64,000 nucleotides of DNA, taken from positions 1,126,783-1,190,782 of the forward strand of contig MU008176.1 in the NCBI GenBank assembly GCA_010909165.1. The letters run 5' to 3'. The translations under genes and the position numbers were made by a program. Positions 29,918 through 40,360 of the stretch are shown here, in pieces. Under the pieces are notes generated by a model. It searched no databases. It saw nothing but the letters and a program-made list of their open reading frames with translations, and had not been told where the DNA came from. This stretch comes from Anthoceros angustus. Its lineage: Eukaryota > Plantae > Anthocerotophyta. Numbering within the stretch: the first letter of the stretch is position 1; each line of letters begins with the position of its first letter.

Positions 29918-30448
29918 TTAGCTTCTCGAAAAGCCAAAATCGGGTGAACATGTGCGGGATTTGCTTTTACTCTTGTTGCCGCTCTTGGCCCGAGGAGTGA
30001 CACGCGAAGAAGGGCCGCCCATGTCTTCTTGTTTAGCTGCAGCTTCTCTGCGTCGTCGCTGCAGAAACTCCTTGGTGGTTCCTTTGGGGCGCCCACGTTC
30101 TCTCTTCACGCCCCCTTTAACCGCTGCAGGAAGTTCAGAAGTCTCCTCTTTAGTGATTTGCTCTAACAAGCGGCCTAGAGCATTTCTGGGCTGCTGCGGT
30201 TTCTTGGGCAAGGTACCCTCAGACTCTGAAGACAGTGACGCCATCTCGATATGGCTCGGGTGAAAACCTTCTCTCAAGGCGATCGATGCATATGAGGCAA
30301 GAGCGTAAGGAGAATTATAAAGGGAGCCAACGTACTCGGTGGCTTCACACAACAGACATTCCATAGTGTCCGTAAAGACATGAAGATGGGGCGTAAGCTC
30401 TACCACCACAATATGGCAAAACCGGAAGATTGAAAAACCCGAGCTCAA
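29918..30448 (-). CDS. Antisense accessory ORF in the Copia 3' region, with an AT-hook-like motif and basic tract
   Basis: A 176-codon open frame between the pol stop and the PPT. It contains KRERGRPKG (~30080-30106) and QRRRRE. It probably continues by frameshift towards ~29456. Confidence 0.55.
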   Translation of the reverse strand: MSSGFSIFRFCHIVVVELTPHLHVFTDTMECLLCEATEYVGSLYNSPYALASYASIALREGFHPSHIEMASLSSESEGTLPKKPQQPRNALGRLLEQITKEETSELPAAVKGGVKRERGRPKGTTKEFLQRRRREAAAKQEDMGGPSSRVTPRAKSGNKSKSKSRTCSPDFGFSRS

Positions 30449-31797
30449 CTCCAGATCTCACGAGCGGTTCACGGTGAAGGGGAATGCCTAACTATTTACA
30501 ACAAGTGGGAGTAATGATATACAATGTTGATATCATAGTTAGGGTTTAGGGGTTTAAGTTATCCATATATTACCAAGATATGATAAGCTAGGGTTTACTA
30601 GATATGGTGTCGTTTCATTAGGGTTACGTCTCTAAGTGAATAGATACAACGTTTCATTAAATTTAGTTTTAGTTGTCTTTTCATGCATAAGCAACTTACT
30701 TCTTTCTTGATCCAACAATGTAATTATTCTATAATGTTTAATTGATCTACATTAGTCCGTAAAGACATGAAGATGGGGCGTAAAGCTCTACCACCACAAT
30801 ATGGCAAAACCAAGATTGAAAAACCCGAGCTCAACTCAGCCTCACGGCAGTTCATACCGAAGGGACCTAACTATTTACAACAAGTGGGAGTAATGATATA
30901 CAATGTTGATATCATAGTTAGGGTTTAGGGGTTTAAGTTATCCATATATTACCAAGATATGATAAGCTAGGGTTTACTAGATATGGTGTCGTTTCATTAG
31001 GGTTACGTCTCTAAGTGAATAGATACAACGTTTCATTAAATTTAGTTTTAGTTGTCTTTTCATGCATAAGCAACTTACTTCTTTCTTGATCCAACAATGT
31101 AATTATTCTATAATGTTTAATTGATCTACATTAGTCCATAAAATCTTCAGCGAGTCACTCCCAGTCCAGGCCGAACATACAGCGGGAGTAAAGTTCTTAC
31201 TCAGTGGAAGATCTACCAAGAGGCTCTTGAGTTGCGGTCGGTAGCAATTCAGACGATCAGCGGGTTGGAGGCGGTAGCAGCCCGACGGTGGCGGTGAACA
31301 GCGAGAAAAGGAAGGAGAGGCACAACAACAGCAAGGAAGGAGCGCATGCAAGCAGATATAGTGAAATCATCCTTGGCGTTGGAGAGGAAATGGTCATCCT
31401 CGGCCGGAGGGTTTTAGACGGAAAGGCGAACGGCGGCGGGTTAGAAACTATGACGTGGCGGGCAGCCTTTGCATGTCTCGTGAAATTTCTTCCTTGGCCT
31501 TTGGCAACTTGGTGAACAGCGGAGAATTTTGTCCTTGGCCTTCGGTGGTTGGGGAATTTCTAACGTTTGTTGAAGGAGAAAAGGCCCTTGGCCTCTGGAC
31601 AGGGGAAATTTTCGTCCTCGGCTTTTGGACAGTGGCGATTTTCGTCCTTAGCCTTTGGGGTGTGGAAAATTCCTTCTCCCCCTATATATGTAAGTAGCAG
31701 GGGAGCGTTTAGCTCATTTAGTTAGTCGGGGAGGGGCCGGGCGGCAGGCATACATGCGGGGGCAGACTGAAGAAACACTTAGAAGAATTTTTAGGAA

Positions 31798-34700
31798 GTG
31801 GTCAGTGAGCGGAAGTCGGAGATGAAGACGCGCAACAGTCCTGGAGGAGTGCGCAAGGCATCCAGCCGTGAGGAGGAGGCGAGTGCATCGGCCAAAGAAG
31901 AAAGAAAAGCGGCGAAGGAGGGGCCGGGATTTTGTGTTTTGATGCAAGTCTCCTCCAAAGACTTATGGGATTTTCGACAGTGGGCTGCTGACGACAATGT
32001 GCAGCTCCAGTGGGTTTACGATAGGCATTGGGCCTATTCTAATGTGGAATTGGTTGAGTCTTTTCTGAGCTCAGGCCCGGCGGAGGGCAGAGGACATGGA
32101 GGAAGGCGTGCGGGCCGGATCGAAGGGATGGGTATCCGGCACATTCGTAAGTATAGGAGGCCCAAAGGAGAGTGATGGTGTGGCTCCCAGCAGGAGGAAT
32201 GAAGATGGAAAAAGAGCGTTGGTGGGCCTTCACGAGGAAGCTCTCGGCATGCTCATCGGAGGGTAGCGAAGGCGAAATGGCTGGAGGACAGATAAGATTG
32301 CTGACCTCAAGTGGAAGCTTTTTACAAGGATAGTTTTGGGGCTGACTGTCAGCGAACCACCTACTTGCATTCTTTCATTTCATGTGGAAGCTGAAGCAAG
32401 GAGCTCGGCTGTTGGAGGCCATCTTTGCGGCCTATGAGCATCACCAAGACAAGCTGCTGAGGCCAAACATTGTGGACAATGAGGGGGCAGCCTGCCATTT
32501 ACACTTCTTGTGCGGTTGTGGGGGCACATGGGTTCTTGTGGAAGAAGAGGCTGGAGGAGTCTTACCAGCCGTTTGAAGTGGTCCCTCAGGGGATGATGCA
32601 GTCCCTCTCCCAAGAAGGTGAAGAAGGCGGAGGAGGAACCCAAGGTGGAGCAAGGAGTGCTTCACCTGTGGTGATCTTGGATGATGAGACCACCCCTGCC
32701 CCGACGCCAAGGAAGAGGTGCCGTCTGTGGGGAGACAAGGCACAAGAGGAAGAGGTGGCAATGCACCATGTGTGAGGCAACCCCATGGGCGGGGTGGTGG
32801 AACTAACCCACCCTGTGAGATGACCGAGTCACAGGAGTTCCACCCAACATCGGCGGTCGGGAGTGGAGGCGCTCACCAAGAGAAAGGAGGACCCTGTGAG
32901 GGGAATGAGAAGACAAAGGCTTTGAAGGATCCGACCATCCGCCTAATTGACACTCCATTAGTGAAGGCCCAGGTGAAGTAGAGGAGTTGGAGGTGAGAGC
33001 CGCCGTGACAGCCGGCGATTGCCCCACGTGGGGAGAAGGATAGCAAGGCTATCAAGGAGATGGCGTTGGCAAAGGCGCCTAGTTGACCCGAGAGAAGGTT
33101 GGGGCTCGGCAAGATTGAAGAATGAGGCGAGACAAGAAAGTAGGGGAGCGAATGAAGGAAGTGGCTACCTCAATAAGAAAATTGAGGAGACTCCATGTGG
33201 GAAGGAGTGGCAAGAAGAACTCTCAGCCCTTCAGCCGAGAAGGAATAGGGGACGTAAGACCGCCCTGGAGGCCGAGGCCAAGCCAAGAATGAAGAATCGA
33301 GGCCAAGCTCAAGGAGCCGGAGGAAGGACAGCCACATGGAGCAAGGAGCGTGAGGAGCTCATGAAGCAAGCAACGGAGGTCGACCAACGGAAGGAAGAGG
33401 TAGCCCACCGGAGGAAAATGATGCATCGATGTCGGGTCGTCAGAAGCAACGCCCAGCCGATTATGCATGGCGCAAGGGATACCGGAGGCATGGAAGAGAG
33501 ATGCACGAATGTCACTTACGCCTGCTTGAGTGAGGTGACGCTTGAGAGGGATGCTGCAGTAAGATAGCCTGTGGAGAGTGGCCCGAGGAATTTGATGAGA
33601 TTTGTTTGAAGGGCCGTGAGATGCAGTCCACTTACATGCTAGGGTCAACAAGTTTGCCAAGGAGATGCCTTGTTGACAAGGAAGTTGTTGGGTCCCCACG
33701 ATGACGAAGGGAGATTTTGAAGAATCAGACCTCCGGAGATTCTGTGACTTGAGAGTGAAATGGATGCGTAAGGCTCAATGTGGGAGGAGCCAATGGAAGA
33801 GGAAGAGATTTCCAGCAGCCTAGTTGACTGGAGAGAAGGTTGGGGCTCGGCAAGATTGAAGAACAAAGGTGAGACAAGAAAGTAGGGGCGAATGAAGGAA
33901 GTGGCTACCTCAACGAGATTGAGAGGCATCCGATGTGGGAAGGAGTGGCGGCAACTCTGACCGTTTGAGTGAGAAGAGAATAGAGACAGTTGAAGGCATC
34001 ACAGGCGGGTGCCCAAGCCAAGAATGAAGGGAGGCCAAGCTCAAGGAGCTGGAGGAAGGACAGCCACATGGAGCAAGGGCGTGAGGAGCTCATGAAGCAA
34101 GCAACGGAGGTGACCAGCGGTGGAAGGAAGAGGTAGCCAGGAGAAAATGATGCATCGCATCTTTGGTCAGGAAACAGCGCTTCGGTGCTGCATGGGCGGC
34201 AAGGGATCTTGGAGGCATGGAAGAGATGCACGAATGTCACTCTGACCGTTTGAGTGAGGTGACACTTGAGAGGATGCTGCAGTAAGATAGCCTCGGGAGA
34301 GTGGCACGAGGAATTTGATGAGATTTGTTTGAAGGGCCGGAGATGCGGGTCCACTTACATGCTAGGGTCAACAAGTTTGCCAAGGAGATCGTTCCTTGTT
34401 GACAAGGAAGTTGTTGGGTCCCCATGATGACGAAGGGAGATTTTGAAGAATCAGACCTCCGGAGATTCTGTGACTTGAGAGTGAAATGGATGCGTAAGGC
34501 TCAATGTGGGAGGAGCCAATGGAAGAGGAAGAGATTTCCAGCAGCCTAGTTGACTGGAGAGAAGGTTGGGGCTCGGCAAGATTGAAGAACAAAGGTGAGA
34601 CAAGAAAGTAGGGGAGCGAATGAAGGAAGTGGCTACCTCAACGAGATTGAGAGGCATCCGATGTGGGAAGGAGTGGCGGCAACTCTGACCCTTGGTGAGA

Positions 34701-35523
34701 AGAGAATAGAGACAGTTGAAGGCATCACAGGCGGGTGCCCAAGCCAAGAATGAAGGGAGGCCAAGCTCAAGGAGCTGGAGGAAGGACAGCCACATGGAGC
34801 AAGGCGTGAGGAGCTCATGAAGCAAGCAACGGAGGTGACCAGCGGTGGAAGGAAGAGGTAGCCCACGGAGAAAATGATGCATCGCATCTTTGGTCAGGAA
34901 ACAGCGCTTCGGTGCTGCATGGGCGGCAAGGGATCTTGGAGGCATGGAAGAGATGCATGAAATGTCACTCTGACCGTTTGAGTGAGGTGACACTTGAGAG
35001 GATGCTGCAGTAAGATAGCCTCGGGAGAGTGGCACGAGGAATTTGATGAGATTTGTTTGAAGGGCCGGAGATGCGGGTCCACTTACATGCTAGGGTCAAC
35101 AAGTTTGCCAAGGAGATCGTTCCTTGTTGACAAGGAAGTTGTTGGGTCCCCATGATGGCAGGGATTTTGGAAGAATTGCGACCCTCGGACGGAGATTCGA
35201 GGACTTGGAGAGTGAAATGGATGCGAAGGCTCGTGTGGGAGGAGCCAATGGAGAGAAGAGATTTCCAGCCGGTAGAGTTGGTGGGGTGTCTCACAGACAG
35301 AGCGCACAACACCCAACCGCCTGAGGTAATTGCAGCGGCGGGCAGATACAGAGGCTGCCTCTACAAGAGCGCCTGCAAGAGGGGCGGCGCTCCTATCAAC
35401 CAAGATCGCCGAGACAGTGTGGAGGTCCGCGACGACGAGTGAAGAGATCCTGACGGGACACCCCAAGCCAAGAGGAGGAAGATGGTTGGGCCATGCCAAC
35501 GCCCAAGAAGAAGTAGGCGGATA
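31798..35523 (+). pseudogene. Gypsy 3' extra ORF (conserved N-terminal domain plus coiled coil), degraded, with an internal triplicated segment of about 720 bp
   Basis: DLWDFRQWAADDNVQLQWVYDRHWAYSNVELVESF, WRTDKIADLKWKLF and YEHHQDKLLRPNIVDNEG parallel the 45465-44261 ORF. RKMMHRCRVVR and LGPHDD parallel 38602-39309. Confidence 0.7.
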
Positions 35524-35708
35524 GTTGGTAGGGGAGTGAATGGTCATTAAGACCCCTAGGGGTTAGTGGGATTGTTAGGAGGTAGGTTAAGAACCTTTTA
35601 AGAGGCCACCTACTTAAAACCGTAAGCAACCCCACCTACCCCACCGACTTAATTAATGCTAGGGGTTTGGGGAGCTCCTATAAGAGGGGAGGAGCTCCCA
35701 TAATAAAA

Positions 35709-36278
35709 TGTCATGCCTTGCTCTCCGACTGTGTGCTTGTTTGCTACACAAGCGCAAGCGGCCGACCGTGTGAGGGTGCATGGTGTCCGTAGGGTCTTGA
35801 GGTGCGGTGACGGGGTGAGGGCGGGGCCCAAACCTTTCTTCTGGAGGTAGCGGTGGGTAGCGTTCGGCGGTGAGGCGGCATTGTGGTTGCAAAGGACGCG
35901 GCTGCATCGGTGAAGGAAGACCCTAGCAAAATCAAAGACGCGGACGCCGCAGTGTCCTGCCTAGGTCCGTGAGGGCAATGCCCTATGATCTCGAGGCGAT
36001 TCTTTGGGGAGGCCGGGAGGCTGTGAGGGCGCCTGTGGGATAGTTAGCTAGGAAGAGTGGAAGAGGTAGATTAGAGAAGAGAGAGAGAAAGAGAGAAAAG
36101 AGAGAAAAGAGAGAAGAGAGAGAGAGAGCGAGAGAGGACGAGAGAGGAGCTAGAGAGGATAGGGAGCAAGAGAGGAGAAGGAAGGAGCAAGAGAGAAAAG
36201 AGAAAAGACAAAAGAGAAGAGAGGAGGAAGAAAAAAACCTAGAAAAGAGAGGGAAGGTGAAATTTCAAGGGTGTGACA
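35709..36278 (+). mobile_element. Probable Gypsy 3' LTR (TGTCA...TGACA) containing a GA-rich tract
   Basis: Purine run aagaggggaggag just upstream. Inverted termini tgtcatgcc / gtgtgaca. (GA)-rich tract at ~36070-36255. Confidence 0.5.
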
Positions 36279-38601
36279 AGAGCTTGAGGGGCGGCCCCAA
36301 ATTTGTCACGAGAAGGGTCTTAGGAGTGTAGGCTGTGGTGGGAGGATTGCCTTTGTCACGGTGATTTGGGGTCCCCAAGGTCATGCTGAGATGCGGTGCC
36401 TCATGACGTGGTCATGGCAGCAGTCATCGCGTGGGGTAGTGTGACTTACCTAGGGTGGGTCACCGGGCGGCGGTAGTAGGAGGCGGTTAGTCGGTCGGGC
36501 GCTGCGGGAGGTCGATAAGTCGGAGAGGTCGGTCGGGAGGCACACCCTCCATCCAGTGCGGAAGGGCTCCCCACTCCTTCGTGGAGCAAAACCCTCTTGT
36601 CTGTGACACCGGCGATTGGGATAAGTGTGGCCGCTACTGGGCTGAGGGTTCGGGGTCAGGAACCTCCCACCACACCGCACATGCAATCGAGATTGCAGCC
36701 CAACGAGCTTCACTGTCATCATTCGCTCCTTGGTACCTCCTTCTCTATGTTTGACCATGTCTTCTTCTTGCCCAATCAACGAAGAAGGCCTCCTCCCATC
36801 TCTTGTTACTGCAGCTCCTTGTGGGAGGGAAAGGGGCTTCCCCTCTAGCGGCCACACTTATTCCCAGATCGTTTAAATGCATGGTTTCGTCCCATGAGAC
36901 TTGTGTGAAAGATCGTCTTGGGGAAACAATCGCTACCTGCAGTGACACACTACCTCCGCCTTCTAAACAAGCAAGGCGCCCTCTACTCTCCCTCTTACAG
37001 CAGTTGCACCACTTGCACTGCTCCGAAAAATCACCAATCCTCGACCTACAACGACACAACAATTGCAGTCACACCTTAGTAGGAGCCTATCACGGCGCCG
37101 GGGACCCCAGTCCACACCGCAATTTCGTCCCTACTTCTAAGACCAATCTTCTCCACTCGGGGGCGCCCTCTTACTTGCGGTTGGGATTCGTCCCTTAGGC
37201 TCTGCGTGGCCACTAACACCTACAATCTAATCCTCTACTCATCTCCTCCTCTTCCTCCTATTCTAACCTCGATTCGGGCTTCTGGCCTCGCTGCCTTACG
37301 GCACTGCACAGGTCGGCCTCCACCAGCAAGTTCTTCCTTGGGCGGTTGCTATGAGTTTGACACCATCAAGGAGAACCTCCAGAGTCTTTCCTGTAGTCTA
37401 CCTCAGTAGGGGTTCCACAGGCATTGCCACACACCCAAAGCAAAGCAATTTCACAACAACCATTCACAAGGAGCAACTCGTTTAGGCACTTGCAGGAGCA
37501 AGTCCTCCACCAAGCACTCCGACCACCGCGACTTCCTCTCTACAGAATGACTGCGTTGGCTCACAGTGACACGATTCTCTGTAATGGCAAAGGACTCATG
37601 AGTATGGGCGCAGACATGATACTTTACTTTGTGAAATCCTCCTCCTCTTATAGGAGGCCTTCCACATACAACCTCCCTTGGATGACCCTACTGCAGGTCA
37701 CCTTTTCCAATATTTTATTGTTTCCTACCGCCAGTATTTAAGACCTGGCATCTAAGTTTGTTGTCTGATTCTAGGTAAATTTTATTCTAGCTACTTCACC
37801 TAAGATCATCCCTAAAGGATGTCAGTCTTACATCACCTATCCTTCCTATTCTCCCACTCATCATTTATGGTCTTTGACCATACCTAGTCCTCACCCTCTG
37901 GGATAGTGACGCGTCCTTTGTGGATTGGCCTCGCCTCCTTGGTACCTCCTTCTTCCTTCCCAGATCTTGTCGCCTTCCTGGTTTGTGGGGCAAGTGTCAC
38001 CATCCTTCCTTCCTCCTCCTGATTCCTCCCATCATCCGCAATAGCGCCCCTTGTAGCTTCCTGCTGTCTCCATCTGGCGCCTCTTCTACAATCACCCTGC
38101 AGCGGTGGTCGGCGAGACGGTAGGTTGACCTACCAGTCTGGGTCCCTTTCTCCCTTTCTTCCTTCCTTCCTTCTTCGCAGTGGTGGGGGCTTCCTGGGTC
38201 GAGATCTCCATTGCTCTTTTGCCTGCTGTTCGATTTGTCCATACCTATCATAGAGCATCTTCAAAGAGTCTTCATCCCCATTCGCCGGACCATGCTGGTC
38301 TCCTTACTGATTCCTCCGGGCCTTTTTCGTGCTGGACTCCTCCCCAAGTCCCGGTTCCTCCCTTATTCATGGGGTGAGGGGAATTCTCACCCCTTCCTGT
38401 CCCCCGACGGGTCGGATCCCGTCTTTGACCTCCTCCGGAGCCGTTGCCCTCCACCGCTACCGCCTTCCCCTGGGGTATGCCACCACCTCCCCTGCTCCTT
38501 CATCCACCCTTCCATTGACCCCCCCAGCCCTCGCCTGTAGATTTGCCCCGGTGTCCGCGTACCTAGCGTGGGGCTCCATGGTCCCGGACTACTGGTAGGG
38601 T

Positions 38602-39585
38602 TTAGGGTCTCTGAGTAGGGTGACCCTGAGGGCGGGTCCCCTCCTTGCTCTCCGCCATCTTCCTCCTTGGCGCCCGCTCGCTCCTCCTCAAGCTTCCTTG
38701 GACCTGAGTCCATATCACTGTGGCCTCTTGATGCAGGCCTCGGTGCTGCACCTCGCCTTCATCATCATGAGGACCCAATGTCCTCCTCTTGGCCAAACGT
38801 AACACCTCGTTGTTGGCCTTCAAGATCCTGTTATGGAGATGGGCTCCCAAGCTATGGTATTGCATCTGGAGGTCGTCGAGCTCCGTGGGCCATTCTCCAT
38901 TTTCACACCTACCCTTGTAGGCGTCCCTTGCGGTGGTCAATTGCCCCACCTTCACATGGAGGGTCACATTCTCCTCCCTTGCTTCCCTCAGCTGGCTGGC
39001 TAATTTCGCTTGAAGGGAATAATCCGCCCAAAATCGCCTCTTCCTTACCACCAGCATTCTATGCACCATTTTCTTGTGGTGCTCCTCCTCCTGGGACCTC
39101 CTCCACTCCAGGTCCGCTAATTGTTGGGCAAGCTCTTCCTTCTCTGCTTGCCACGCACTCCTCTCGCGCTCCAGCTCCTGCAATTGCTGGTCCTGTGACT
39201 CCAGCTCTGCGCGCTTCTCTTCCAAGTTGTACCGGGTCCTCCGCAATTCTTCTTCCATGTCCCGGATTTTGATGGCTTGAGTAGCCATCACTTGCTCTTG
39301 CGCCTCCACTTGTTGGACCGCCTGCTTCTCCCTCCCTAGAGCTTCGGTCTTGCTCCTCCGCTCCTGCTCTAGTTGGGCAAAGTGCTCTTCCGCCTTTTGG
39401 CTCCAAGAGTCCCGTTGGGTGGTTGCTCACGCCTCTCCTGCTTGGGGGACAACCTCCCTTCCGACCTTCTCCGCACGCTGCTGATCCACAAGGTCGCTGA
39501 GCCCATGCCCTTCTCCAGCCTGGCTGCCTTCTCATCGGACTCCATGGCCTCCAATTGCCATTTGGTCCTTGCAATTGCCACTAGA
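38602..39585 (-). pseudogene. C-terminal coiled-coil part of the Gypsy extra ORF
   Basis: 235-aa E/Q/R/L-rich heptad-like frame (38602-39309), with a frameshifted continuation to ~39585. Confidence 0.7.
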
Positions 39586-39588
39586 ATC

Positions 39589-40357
39589 GCCTCCCACCGG
39601 GTAGGTGCCTCCTCACCGGGTAGGCCGCCTCACCGGGTAGGTGCCTCACCGGTAGGTGCCTCACCGCAGGGGTCAGCCTCCCACGGGGTAATGCCTCACC
39701 GGGTAGGGCCTCCCCTCTGGGGTAGGGCCTCCCACCGGGTAGGGTGCCTCCTCACCGGGTAGGTGCCTCCCCTACCGGGATGGGCTGCCTCCCCTCAGGT
39801 TGCCTCCCCTACCGGTAGGTCGCCTCCCACCGGGTAGGTGCCTCCCCACCCAGGCCGCCTCCCCTCAATGGTAGGCCTCACCGGTAGGCCGCCTCCCTCG
39901 GGTAGGCCTCCCACCGGGTAGGGCCTCCCACGGGTAGGCCGCCTCCCCTCGGGTAGGGCCTCCCCTACCGGTAGGCCGCCTCCCTCGGGTAGGCCGCCTC
40001 CCCTACCGGGTAGGCCGCCTCCCCTCTGGGGTGGTGCCTCCTCACCGGTAGGTCGCCTCCCCTCACCGGTAGGGTTGCCTCCCACCGGGTAGGTGCCTCC
40101 CCTCAGGGTAGGTGCCTCACCGGGTAGGTGCCTCCCCTCTGGGGTGGTGCCTCACCGGGTAGGTGCCTCCCACCGGGTAGGTCGCCTCCCACGGGTAGGT
40201 GCCTCCCCTACCGGGGTGCCGCCCGCCTCACCTGGTAGGCCGCCTCCCCTACCGGTAGGCCGCCTCCCCTCGGGTAGGCCGCCTCCCCTACCGGGTAGGC
40301 CGCCTCACCGGGTAGGTGCCTCCCCTCAGGGTAGGTGCCTCACCGGGTAGGCCGCCT
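39589..40357. repeat. Degenerate minisatellite of about 21 bp (gcctcccctaccgggtaggcc) inside the extra ORF; the second part lies at ~44109-44341
   Basis: Directly visible tandem units, split by the 40361-44099 insertion. Confidence 0.9.
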
Positions 40358-40360
40358 CTA

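Larger units (their letters stand above)
19963..31149 (+). mobile_element. Full-length Ty1/Copia retrotransposon with non-canonical TA...CA LTRs (about 259 bp), inflated by internal duplications
   Basis: LTR taatgatataca...aaaatcttca at 19963 (partial), ~20777-21033, 30512 (partial) and 30891-31149. PBS tggtatcgagc (tRNA-iMet type) at 21034. PPT aagtgggag at 30503 and 30882. TSD gccag (19958-19962) / gcgag (31150-31154). Confidence 0.92.

Noticed and set aside
39589-40357. CRISPR-like array
   Set aside because: The units are contiguous degenerate repeats with no unique spacers, there are no cas genes, and the context is a eukaryotic TE.
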